Shown piece by piece: positions 20,000 to 29,917 of a stretch of DNA of 64,000 bases. How positions within the stretch are numbered: the stretch's first letter is position 1; each line of letters starts with the position of its first letter. The position numbers and the translations under genes are program-made. The notes under the pieces are model-generated. The model did no database searches, was not told the origin of the DNA, and worked only from the letters and a program-made list of their open reading frames with translations. Origin of the DNA: Promethearchaeota archaeon (GTDB taxonomy: Archaea > Asgardarchaeota > Lokiarchaeia > Sigyniarchaeales > SOKP01); the NCBI GenBank assembly GCA_048937405.1, contig JBHLNF010000001.1, forward strand, positions 752,785 to 816,784, given 5' to 3'.

Positions 20000-20155
20000 T
20001 TATTTCGAGTTTTTTTGATTCTTGTAATCTTCCTTATTAGCTTTTCTTAAGCCTTCCGCACCACATTTATCACAATATTCATGATTTGTGTGAGCAAATT
20101 CTCCACATTTATCACATATGAATGGAAAGGTTTTTTTAAATAATTTGACATCCAT
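20000..20155 (-). CDS. Small zinc-ribbon protein (51 aa; not in ORF track)
   Basis: MDVKLFKKTFPFICDKCGEFAHTNHEYCDKCGAEGLRKANKEDYKNQKNSK*, CxxC-x10-CxxC. Confidence 0.75.
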   Translation of the reverse strand: MDVKLFKKTFPFICDKCGEFAHTNHEYCDKCGAEGLRKANKEDYKNQKNSK

Positions 20156-20330
20156 AGTTTTTCACTTTTAAAAAAATCGAAGCTTTTCTTAATGAAAAAT
20201 TTTATCCCTTTTATTAGTTTTTAAAAAATTATATATCTGTCAAGGTATCCCAAAATATTTATAAATTCATTTCTAACTATGGATATTATGTTAAATATCT
20301 TAATTTGTAAAAAAATTAAGATCTCAACTT

Positions 20331-20364
20331 AATCCTATTTTTATAAAATTATATAAATAGGATT
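20331..20364. promoter_or_regulatory. Inverted repeat in a divergent promoter region (candidate operator)
   Basis: AATCCTATTT-N14-AAATAGGATT, perfect 10-bp arms. Confidence 0.35.
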
Positions 20365-20481
20365 TTTAAATTTCTATATATATCTTGTAATAGTATTTAG
20401 GAGATATAATTACTTAATTATAAATAAAACCGTTTGTATTTTTATTTTAGGAGTTTTCACTTCATATAAATTAATTCAATT

Positions 20482-21930
20482 ATGCTTATGAAGATATGTC
20501 CTTATTGTAAAAGTCCAATTGAGAATAATTGGTCTTACTGTAGAAATTGTAACAAACCTTTGATCACAAATCTAGATGATGCTTTAGAGAGAGATATGAG
20601 ATTTACTTATGATGATCCTGGAAGCTATCACTTCAATCTTGAAGAAAACAGTGATATTTATGATGATGTAGGTACTAAAGACGAAGAAATTGATCAAAAA
20701 ATAAAAAAAATAGATTCAGTATTAGAAGATAAAGAAGTTCTAGGAGAGCCAATTCCAGGATCATTATTATTAGAGAAATCAAGTTTATATTATAAGAAAA
20801 GAGATATACCAAAAGCATTGAAAATCCTTGAATTGGCACTTAATAATTTTAAAGAACAAGAGGATTTACTTAATGTAGCTATTTGTCATAATGAATTAGG
20901 AATTATTCAAGAAGATAATGGATATTATGATCAAGCAATCTATCATTTTAATATGTCTCTTGAAATTCTAAATAAATTGAATGATAAATCCAAAATAATC
21001 AAAATTTTCAATAATTTAGGGAATGTTTACTTCTTAATTAAAGATTTAGAACAATCTTATAATTATTATCAAGAAGCATATAACCTTTCTCAACAAGAAA
21101 ATCTTATTTTTGAAGAAGTTAAGTCTTCTAGTAATTTGGTTGAGGTTCTTTTTTTATTAAAGGATTATGTTCAGATTAAAAGAATTTTAGAAAATAATCT
21201 TGCCTATTTTGAAGATAATGAGGATGCATATGGAATTATTACAACAGAGATAAAATATGGAAAATTATATTATTTTATAGGTGAGGACTATAATGAATCT
21301 CATCAACACTTAACTAAAGCCTTAGAGATTATTGAAAAAGTAAAAGAGAATATCACGGTTTATGTAAAAGCAAAATTGGAATGGGAATGTTTTTTCTATC
21401 TTGGACAAATTTATCGTTTGTGGGATAATCTTACTAAAGCTGAAAATTTGTTTCTCCAAAGCTTAGAAGCAGTACGTATTTATGAATTTGGAGATAACAT
21501 TAAAGAAGGAGATATCTTAGAAAATTTAGCAGAATTAAATATATTCAAGGGGGATGTTAGGAGAGCTTTAGATTATTATGATTTAGCATGTGAAATATTT
21601 TATAAATTTGGAGAAAAAAAAAAAAATGCTGATCTAAAATATAAAATGGGAGAAATTCATTTAGAATATATGGAAAATACTTTAAAAGCAATAAACTATA
21701 TTGAAGTAGCATTGAATATTTATGAAGATCTAGAATATACTAAAGAGTGTGCAATAGGTTATCATAAATTAGGTGATATTTACCTTCTTAGAGGTATGAT
21801 TGACATTGCAATATTAAATTTCGAAAATGCAAAAGATTATTATCAAAATATCGAAGATGGTTATAATATGAATTTACTCGAAGAAAAAATAAACTCATTA
21901 AAAAATCAAAATAATATTAATATTCTTTAG
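20482..21930 (+). CDS. Zinc-ribbon + TPR-repeat protein
   Basis: N-terminal CPYC...CRNC, acidic linker, then many TPRs (NELGII, NNLGNVY, HKLGDIY). Confidence 0.85.
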   Translation: MLMKICPYCKSPIENNWSYCRNCNKPLITNLDDALERDMRFTYDDPGSYHFNLEENSDIYDDVGTKDEEIDQKIKKIDSVLEDKEVLGEPIPGSLLLEKSSLYYKKRDIPKALKILELALNNFKEQEDLLNVAICHNELGIIQEDNGYYDQAIYHFNMSLEILNKLNDKSKIIKIFNNLGNVYFLIKDLEQSYNYYQEAYNLSQQENLIFEEVKSSSNLVEVLFLLKDYVQIKRILENNLAYFEDNEDAYGIITTEIKYGKLYYFIGEDYNESHQHLTKALEIIEKVKENITVYVKAKLEWECFFYLGQIYRLWDNLTKAENLFLQSLEAVRIYEFGDNIKEGDILENLAELNIFKGDVRRALDYYDLACEIFYKFGEKKKNADLKYKMGEIHLEYMENTLKAINYIEVALNIYEDLEYTKECAIGYHKLGDIYLLRGMIDIAILNFENAKDYYQNIEDGYNMNLLEEKINSLKNQNNINIL

Positions 21931-21960
21931 AAATAGAAAAATTTTGATTGATTTTGTTTT

Positions 21961-22644
21961 TTAATTATCAGTTATTTCAAAATCTTGTATTCTATAAATC
22001 TTTTTACCGTATTCTTCAAATCCCATTCCTTTTATAAATAATAATGATACAATATTATCTTTATAAACTTCACATCGAATCTCTTTAACGTTAGGATGCT
22101 TTTCTTTAAGATATTGCCAACTTGCCATACCTAACATCGATCCAAGACCTTTTCGTTGAAATCTTGGGATTACTCCTAGAGCCGCTATTATCGCAAATTC
22201 ATTATTTTCTCCTTCAAAGTCAAGAAGGAGAAAACCAGCATCTGTTCCATATACTTTTGCAATAAGGAACACAGTTTCAGAATATTCAAGTATTTTTTGA
22301 AGATCAGTTTTTGTTATGGGACGATAAGGAGTATTAGAGGTTAACCAAGAGCGATTATATATATATTTTAAAGTATCAAGATCTGTTTTAGTTGCTTCTC
22401 GGATTTTAGCATGAATAATACCATGATCAATATGTTCCCTCAATTCTTCTCCAAATTCGCCACTGATTTTCTCAACAGGAAGTCTCATTTGAATGTAAAC
22501 CATACCATCTCGATAGAGTTCATCTGCAGATTTGTCAACGTCTATCTTTTGCTTTTTTTTTATTTCAATAGAGGAAAAAAAAGCTCTGATCTTTCTCTTT
22601 TTGAGATCTAATTTTTTCTTGATTTCTAGTTTTGATTTTGCCAT
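21961..22644 (-). CDS. GNAT family N-acetyltransferase
   Basis: IREAT..DL, LGVIPRFQRKGLG acetyl-CoA motif, N..S..F..MGF. Confidence 0.85.
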   Translation of the reverse strand: MAKSKLEIKKKLDLKKRKIRAFFSSIEIKKKQKIDVDKSADELYRDGMVYIQMRLPVEKISGEFGEELREHIDHGIIHAKIREATKTDLDTLKYIYNRSWLTSNTPYRPITKTDLQKILEYSETVFLIAKVYGTDAGFLLLDFEGENNEFAIIAALGVIPRFQRKGLGSMLGMASWQYLKEKHPNVKEIRCEVYKDNIVSLLFIKGMGFEEYGKKIYRIQDFEITDN

Positions 22645-22665
22645 AATATATGATAAAATATTGAT

Positions 22666-24300
22666 TTAGGCAATATAATTCAAATTTTCACGAATAATTC
22701 TTTCAATATCATCATTAAGTAGCAATTTTTCTTTTAATTTCGATATACCTAATTGAATCCTCTTTTTAAAGTTAAGATCTTTGATTAAATTTTTATGTTC
22801 GCAAGAAAATTCAAAATTTGATCGTGTAGCCATGTCTGTTTCTATTCTTTCATTTACTATATTTTTCAAACTAACAAATGCATCTGAAATATTTTCATAT
22901 ATTAATTCTGGGTTATCAGTTATGAATCCAGGAAAGATGATATTCATATATTCTTCCATATTATCTTCATCTTCAATAAACATCGAGTATATTGGCATAT
23001 AAATCCACTGTATAGGTCTAGAAAACAAATCTGATTGATTATCTTTGAGAGACCATTCAATTAATTTTTGAGCTTCTTGTAAACAAGCATTGTGTTTACT
23101 TTGGATAATATTCTTAATGTTAGCTATTAAGTTTTCTATCTGAGACTTTGCATTATTTAACACAGAAATTTTTCCTTCCTTTTCAGTTTCGAATTCAGCT
23201 AATTGTTTATTTCTATCATTAAGTTGTAAATGTAGAGAATCTTGTATTTGTTTCAATTTTTTTTTTGCTTCAATATCGATTTTGGTTCCTTGTTCTTTCA
23301 TTTCAATAAATTTATGATGAAGGGAATCAAGAGAATCTAAAAACCTTTTTGTTTCCTCTTCTAAATAATTAAATTGATTTTCAAAATGAGGAATAATATC
23401 TTTGAAAACTCGACTCTTTAGTGAATCCCCACTAGTATAAAATTTATTTTTCTTTACTATTTCTTCAAGATGCCTTTCAAAAGTTTTAAAAAGAGTAGTG
23501 ATGCTTTCAATAATTTTTTTCTTCTCATTAACAACCCATTGGTCAATTCTATCCCGTTCTATTTTTGTCTGTTCGTCTACTTGAGAGGTATCTATTGATA
23601 TTGAGGCTTTAGTAATTTGACTTGAATATCGAGAATCAATATCTTTCAATTGAACATTTAGATCAATCAACCATTTATTAACATCTTTACTAATCAATTC
23701 AATTTGAGTTTTCCATCTTAACGCATTCCCCTTCATAGTATTAATTATTTGGCGATATTCCTCAGAAATAGTTAAAGCAATTTCAGTTGAAATACTAGTA
23801 TCTAATACCGTGTATTCTCCTATTGGTTTATATTCAATAAGAGGAATTATTTTTAGTAAAGAGTTAAGAAACACAGGATTAATTAAACCATCAATTTTTA
23901 GCGTGTGAAATTCAGATTCTTCTCCTTCTCCAATTTCTTCAGCTTCTTTATCTTTATATGTTAAAATATTTATAATGGTTTGTAAAAGCTCAATATTAGA
24001 TCTACTATCAATATTTCTTAGAATATGGCCAATTAGAGGTTGGCGAGGTGGGTTTGTATACCGATCTTTTTTACTAAAAATATTTAATCCGTCTAACATA
24101 ATATGAGTACTAATAACACCCTGTATGCTTAATATTGGCCAGAGAAGTCTCGAAAAAGAGAGAATTTTTTTATCTTTGCCTAATTCCTTAGTTAGAAGAT
24201 AAAATGCTAAAGTTATTTCATCATTTCCTTGAATCAAAAGAGGACGAGAATCCTTTCTGATAAATAACGGTAATAAATATTGATTTCCGTGTACAGTCAT
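22666..24300 (-). CDS. Hypothetical protein with long central coiled coil
   Basis: Roughly aa 175-420 is helical, K/E/Q-rich and nearly Pro-free, between globular-looking N- and C-termini. Confidence 0.75.
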   Translation of the reverse strand: MTVHGNQYLLPLFIRKDSRPLLIQGNDEITLAFYLLTKELGKDKKILSFSRLLWPILSIQGVISTHIMLDGLNIFSKKDRYTNPPRQPLIGHILRNIDSRSNIELLQTIINILTYKDKEAEEIGEGEESEFHTLKIDGLINPVFLNSLLKIIPLIEYKPIGEYTVLDTSISTEIALTISEEYRQIINTMKGNALRWKTQIELISKDVNKWLIDLNVQLKDIDSRYSSQITKASISIDTSQVDEQTKIERDRIDQWVVNEKKKIIESITTLFKTFERHLEEIVKKNKFYTSGDSLKSRVFKDIIPHFENQFNYLEEETKRFLDSLDSLHHKFIEMKEQGTKIDIEAKKKLKQIQDSLHLQLNDRNKQLAEFETEKEGKISVLNNAKSQIENLIANIKNIIQSKHNACLQEAQKLIEWSLKDNQSDLFSRPIQWIYMPIYSMFIEDEDNMEEYMNIIFPGFITDNPELIYENISDAFVSLKNIVNERIETDMATRSNFEFSCEHKNLIKDLNFKKRIQLGISKLKEKLLLNDDIERIIRENLNYIA

Positions 24301-24491
24301 ATATTTTAACTTGAATTTATAATTTAAATCTTTAATAGAAATATCTTATATATTAAATTTAAATAGGTTCAATCTTAAATTTTTATTCTTTTTTATTTTA
24401 ATCAATTTATTTAAAGAATATTTCTTTGCAAATATTCAAAGGGCATTATTAAAAGAATATTATAATAATAAAAATAAAAAGGAAAATTATT

Positions 24492-25349
24492 TTACTTGAG
24501 CTGTTCATAATTATTTGCAATTACTAAAATAAGAAGTGCAAGTAATATTAGCAATGGGGGCATTATTGCTCTTACATGAGGTAAAGTAGCTACATCCAGA
24601 GCACCTTGTAATACTCTTCCTCCACCAAAATAAAGAACAAACCCAATAGCATTTAAAGCATACGATCTTCTTAACACTCCAAATGTTTTCCAAGCTAAAT
24701 ATAAAAAGATAAAAGGAATTAAGACAAGGAACAATGGCATAAAAATAAAATTTAATAGAAATCTTCCAAGAGGATATTCCCATGAACCAAATCTTATCAG
24801 AACTAACTCAACACTAATACCTGGATATTCCGTTTCAAAATCAGGATCCATAAATAAGCCATCTGGCAATGTTAAAGCTAAAATTCCTATAATAACTGGA
24901 AGCGCAAATAATCCCACTCGAATAATTAATTCTATATTTTTCCTGTCCTTAAACCATTCTATAAATGATTTTTTTCTTTTATTTACCTCTTGTGTTTCAG
25001 GTGGAAATAAGAGAATTCCTAAAACACCGACCATACATGCTACCCCTATCCAAGTAAAAAATGTAGCAAGACGAAAATTTAGCATTAAAAAATTGACTAC
25101 ATCTGTACTATTCGTTCCATCATATAATTCTGGACCGAAAAAATAATAAACTATGAAAAATATTCTAGCTATACCAAAACAAAGAAAAAACAAACTAAAA
25201 AATAACCAATAAAACTTCCTAGAAGTTCTATATCTCATAAATAGGAAATAGAAAAATAAGAGAAAAAAATAGCCAACTATAACAAAGTAAAAGCCCATTT
25301 CAAGGGCATCCCAAAATCCAAAATATTGAAAAATATCTTGAAACAACAT
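24492..25349 (-). CDS. Hypothetical 7-TM membrane protein
   Basis: Seven hydrophobic segments by eye; no soluble output domain. Confidence 0.7.
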   Translation of the reverse strand: MLFQDIFQYFGFWDALEMGFYFVIVGYFFLLFFYFLFMRYRTSRKFYWLFFSLFFLCFGIARIFFIVYYFFGPELYDGTNSTDVVNFLMLNFRLATFFTWIGVACMVGVLGILLFPPETQEVNKRKKSFIEWFKDRKNIELIIRVGLFALPVIIGILALTLPDGLFMDPDFETEYPGISVELVLIRFGSWEYPLGRFLLNFIFMPLFLVLIPFIFLYLAWKTFGVLRRSYALNAIGFVLYFGGGRVLQGALDVATLPHVRAIMPPLLILLALLILVIANNYEQLK

Positions 25350-25475
25350 GATGAGTCAATTTTTTTTAAACTTTTAAGAAATAATAATATTATTATATTT
25401 CTCTTTTAAAAATTTATTTTAATTTTTTATTAAATTCTTAAAATACAAATAGAATCAAAGACTTTTTAAAACCAT

Positions 25476-26969
25476 ATGAAGATTGAAGATAACATAGAAA
25501 CCTTTAATTCATTGCTTAAGAGAAGAGGATTTATATGGGGACCTTCTCCAGAAATTTATGGAGGATTTGCAGGTTTTTATTCTTATGGTCCAGCAGGGAT
25601 GGCTCTTAAAAATAATGTTTTAGATATTTTTAGGAGAGAATGTCGTTATTTTGGATTTGGAGAGGTTGAATGTCCAACAATTATGCCTAGTATTGTTTGG
25701 GAAGCGTCAGGACACTTAGAAAGATTTATTGATCCTGTAATAAGATGTGACGAGTGTAAAACAATCTATAGGGCGGATAAATTTCTTCAAGAAAAAATAC
25801 CAGATCATGTAAGAGATGGATTATCATTTAAAGAAATGGAAGATTTAATTGAGCAATTTAATCTAACTTGCCCAAAATGTGATAAACCATTTGAAAGAAT
25901 AGAAGAATATAACTTAATGTTACAAACTTCTGTAGGAAATAACATAATTGCTTATTTACGTCCAGAGACAGCTACAACTACTTACTTATTATTTAATCGA
26001 TTAAATCAAGATGCTCGACGGCAATATCCAATTAAAATTTTCCAATTTGGTAAAGCTTATCGTAATGAAATTTCACCACGACAAGGAGTTCTCAGAATGA
26101 GAGCTTTTGATCAATTTGAACTTCAAATTTTTATAAGTAAGGAATTAGAAATGCACTTTGAAGAATTTAATGAAATTAAAGAAGAAAAATTACCCCTTTT
26201 AGATTGGAAATTACAAGAAAAAAATAATAGCAAAATAAATTTAATAACACTTGATAATGCAATAAAAAAAGGAATTCTTAAAAAACCAGCTTATGCCTAT
26301 TGTCTTTATATTGGATATCACTTGACCAGAATTTTAGGTATTCCAGAACCATTGATACGATTTAGACAACATTCCCCAAATGAACGTGCTCATTATGCAG
26401 ATGATGCATGGGATTTAGAAATTAATACAAGACAATTTGGGTGGGTAGAAATTTGTGGGATACATGATAGGACTGATTATGATTTAAAAAAACATGCTGA
26501 ATACTCAAAACAAAATTTCGAAATTAGCATGGGTTCTAATCCAAAAATTAAAGAGGTTCCACAAGTTCTTGAAATTGCGTTTGGAATTGATAGAATAATA
26601 TATACTTTACTAGAAACTAATTTTACAATAGATCAAGGAAGAATTATTTTAAAGATAGATCATAAATTGGCTCCAAATACTGTATCTGTTTTTCCCCTTG
26701 TTAAAAATAAAGAAAATATAAAAAATTTAGCATTAAATATTCATCGAGATTTATTAGAAAATCGTATTAATTCATTTTTTGACGCAGCGGGTTCTATAGG
26801 AAAAAGATATAGAAGACAAGATGAATTAGGGACAAAATGGTGTATAACTATAGATTATGAATCATTGGATAATAATACAGTAACCATCAGAGAACGTGAT
26901 TCAATGGAGCAATCAAGAGTAAACATCTCAGATCTTGCTAATATTATAAAAAAAAAGCAAGAAAAGTAA
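25476..26969 (+). CDS. glyS: Glycine--tRNA ligase (archaeal/eukaryotic alpha2 type)
   Basis: RRGF..EIYGG, ASGH, LRPETA, GKAYRNEISPRQG, ERAHYA, FGIDR, SIGKRYRRQDE. Confidence 0.95.
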   Translation: MKIEDNIETFNSLLKRRGFIWGPSPEIYGGFAGFYSYGPAGMALKNNVLDIFRRECRYFGFGEVECPTIMPSIVWEASGHLERFIDPVIRCDECKTIYRADKFLQEKIPDHVRDGLSFKEMEDLIEQFNLTCPKCDKPFERIEEYNLMLQTSVGNNIIAYLRPETATTTYLLFNRLNQDARRQYPIKIFQFGKAYRNEISPRQGVLRMRAFDQFELQIFISKELEMHFEEFNEIKEEKLPLLDWKLQEKNNSKINLITLDNAIKKGILKKPAYAYCLYIGYHLTRILGIPEPLIRFRQHSPNERAHYADDAWDLEINTRQFGWVEICGIHDRTDYDLKKHAEYSKQNFEISMGSNPKIKEVPQVLEIAFGIDRIIYTLLETNFTIDQGRIILKIDHKLAPNTVSVFPLVKNKENIKNLALNIHRDLLENRINSFFDAAGSIGKRYRRQDELGTKWCITIDYESLDNNTVTIRERDSMEQSRVNISDLANIIKKKQEK

Positions 26970-27105
26970 ACACTTATACTTTTGCTAAATATTATGATCT
27001 ATTCTATATGTTCAGAAAAAATTTTAAAGAGAAGGATTTTTTACAAATATAATTCAAAAAGTAAACATTGGGAAATACTTATTTAGTAGCTCTAAGAGAA
27101 TAAAA

Positions 27106-29910
27106 ATGAGTTTTTTGTATTTTTTTACCAGTGGAAAAAGAAATAAGCAGAAAAATCAAGGCTTAAAGACCCTTGTATGCATATTCTTAGTATCAATAAT
27201 TCTCTTAAGTTTTGTATATATTAAAAAAAATAATTTTAGTGTTGGATCTTCTGAAGATTCATTCAATAACAATAATAAAGATTCTGATAAGAGATTTAAC
27301 AATTTACAAACAACATCTATAACTTCCATGCTTACAGATCCATTTACTAATAATTTTGAACAGTTACGTGACTTTTTTGAGATCAATTATCAATCCAGTT
27401 TAGATTTTGATATACCTGTCTATTTTAGAGAAGGTGATAATAAAGGTGATATTACTAATGATACAATTTTCTCAGAAGACCAATTGTTATACTACAATTC
27501 ATTAATGAAAATGGAATTAAATGATCTTGAAACATTTAATTTATATTTAGAGTTGAAAAACACTACTTTATGGCAAGATAATAAAACAAATGAATTTGAC
27601 TATGGTTTTGTTCAATCTATCAATGGTACAACTGGACAAATTTATAAAGATGAGAGATATCTTATTGATAATGTATTGCCAATTTTTTTATTAATTGAGA
27701 ATATTGGGGCGGATATTAGGACTATCTCTATAAATGGAGAAAAACCAACAAAATTTATTGATGAAATGTTCTTATTAATAAATTCCTCAGAATTTTGGGA
27801 TGAACAACCAACTTATAATGGATTTTTCAATTCTAATTCTTCAAGTAAAAAATATACAGAAAGTAACTTATATGCTATACTAGCAAATCTCTTAATTCAT
27901 CGAACTTATTATGATATTGGTATAAATCCAATGATAAGGGATAAATCGATAAGGGATAGAGCAATGGAATTAGCAAATCTCACAATGATAGATTTAGTAG
28001 ATGAAATGTGGGATACGGATGATTATGGTTTTTGGTATAATGCGGATGAAAACTGGACAATAACAGGATTGGGGGATAATTTACATTTAAGTACTAATGC
28101 TCTTGGAATAATTACTTTATTAGAGTTTTGGATAGCCTCAGGGATGCAAAATGATTCTAATTACCTGCAAATGGCCAAAGATCTATATAAAAGTATAAAC
28201 GCCATTTTATATAATTCTACATATAACCTTTATATGAATGTTGCCCAACCAGATTGGATTGATGTATATGATGATCATATTTACCTCGATAGTAATGCAA
28301 TGATGATGAGAGCTTGTTTGAAATTATTTGAGGTTTCAGGAAATATTTCCTATTATGACAGAGCTATAAATATTTCAAAATCTATAGAATCTAATCTATA
28401 TGATTCAAGTTATAACGCATATAATTCATCAATATCTGATATTGATAAATCTTTTAATTCCAATCTAAAGTTAAGCAACGCATATTTAGATGCTTTTGAA
28501 ATTTATAATAGTACAATCTTAAATTGTAAATATAATATATCAGCAGAAGTACCAGATTTTATTTTCAATCAAGATATTATGAATTTGACATCAATTTATT
28601 CATTCAAAAAGAGTGGAAAATATTTTAATTCAAGTGAACAATCTTATATTCCTTTTACAGTTAAATATGACATTTCCAATGCGAATGTTAGTTATATAAT
28701 TAAAAAACCAGATAATTCTTTTCTTAAGGAAGGTAATCTTAAAATTAACAGAACAACTGCCTCGTATTCTCTCATTTATCCAATTAAAGAAGATTTACCC
28801 TTAGAAGATGGATATTATATCTATATATGGGCCAATACATCATACTTTAAATTGACGAACTCAACAATGTGTTTTAATGTAATATCTGGATTAATTAATA
28901 AATCAATGGAAGGATTAGTAAGTAAATTAATTCAAGGGGCAGTAATAAATGTGTCCTTATTGGTCAATTCTATACGTTCTGAGGATATAATTTTAACAGC
29001 TTCTTTAGAAGGAGATCAATTACTTGAATATCCTTCTCAGCAAATAAATTTTACAGCTTCTGAAGACACTCGGATAAATTTTAATCTTACTGCTAAACCT
29101 GATGCTACACCCGGGGATAGTGATATTTATTTTAGAATTAAAAAAGATGATGTAATTTATTTGGAGATCAAAAAATCAATAGAAATTGGATATCCTTTTG
29201 AGTATAGTAATCTAATATATCAAGGTAAAGTAGTTAGTGGTGATTCGATAAGTGTATCTATGAATATAAAGAACAATCTCCCTGATACAACTCAAAACTT
29301 AAATATAAGTTTCAGTGGAATTGGAGATGGTTTCATTGAAGATTTCATTCAAGAAGAAATATTAGAAGGAGATGAAATAAAAACAGTCTCCTATTCTTTA
29401 GAATCAGTAGATAATATTTATAATGAGACAATTAGTATTAAAATGAGCATTTTAGTATATAACACAGAATTTTATTCTGAATCTTTCAGGGTAGAAATCA
29501 TCCCAAAATTTGAATTAATCAGTGTTTCATTTCCAGAAAAAGTACCTCAAGGAGCTCCCGCTTATTTGATACTTATACTTAAAAATAATCAAGAAAATTC
29601 TGAAGAATTTTCTTTAAATTTAAATGGAAAACCAATATCAACAAATTTAAAAGAGCTAAGTACGGGAGAAAATAGAATTGTCGCAAAAATAGTACCAAGT
29701 ATAAATCCCTATGAATTTGGGTCAAAAAATTACAGATTTGTTTTAAGAGATGGTTCCAATAATGAGATTGAAAGATTTTATTTTAAAACTAGTTTGGAAC
29801 TCTCTGTTTTGAATTTAGTTCTATTCTATATCTTACCAATTATAGTTCCTATAGGGTTAGTATTATTTTTTAAGAATAGAGATATAAAGCATAAGAAATT
29901 AATAAGATGA
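27106..29910 (+). CDS. Large type-I membrane/surface glycoprotein: alpha/alpha-toroid (six-hairpin-like) domain + Ig-like domains + C-terminal TM
   Basis: N-terminal hydrophobic segment; repeated helix pairs (FWDE..GFF; MWD..GFW; NAMMMRACLKLFEVSGN..YYDRA); beta-rich C-terminal half; many N-x-S/T sequons; TM plus basic tail KHKKLIR. Confidence 0.65.
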   Translation: MSFLYFFTSGKRNKQKNQGLKTLVCIFLVSIILLSFVYIKKNNFSVGSSEDSFNNNNKDSDKRFNNLQTTSITSMLTDPFTNNFEQLRDFFEINYQSSLDFDIPVYFREGDNKGDITNDTIFSEDQLLYYNSLMKMELNDLETFNLYLELKNTTLWQDNKTNEFDYGFVQSINGTTGQIYKDERYLIDNVLPIFLLIENIGADIRTISINGEKPTKFIDEMFLLINSSEFWDEQPTYNGFFNSNSSSKKYTESNLYAILANLLIHRTYYDIGINPMIRDKSIRDRAMELANLTMIDLVDEMWDTDDYGFWYNADENWTITGLGDNLHLSTNALGIITLLEFWIASGMQNDSNYLQMAKDLYKSINAILYNSTYNLYMNVAQPDWIDVYDDHIYLDSNAMMMRACLKLFEVSGNISYYDRAINISKSIESNLYDSSYNAYNSSISDIDKSFNSNLKLSNAYLDAFEIYNSTILNCKYNISAEVPDFIFNQDIMNLTSIYSFKKSGKYFNSSEQSYIPFTVKYDISNANVSYIIKKPDNSFLKEGNLKINRTTASYSLIYPIKEDLPLEDGYYIYIWANTSYFKLTNSTMCFNVISGLINKSMEGLVSKLIQGAVINVSLLVNSIRSEDIILTASLEGDQLLEYPSQQINFTASEDTRINFNLTAKPDATPGDSDIYFRIKKDDVIYLEIKKSIEIGYPFEYSNLIYQGKVVSGDSISVSMNIKNNLPDTTQNLNISFSGIGDGFIEDFIQEEILEGDEIKTVSYSLESVDNIYNETISIKMSILVYNTEFYSESFRVEIIPKFELISVSFPEKVPQGAPAYLILILKNNQENSEEFSLNLNGKPISTNLKELSTGENRIVAKIVPSINPYEFGSKNYRFVLRDGSNNEIERFYFKTSLELSVLNLVLFYILPIIVPIGLVLFFKNRDIKHKKLIR

Positions 29911-29917
29911 GATCCTA

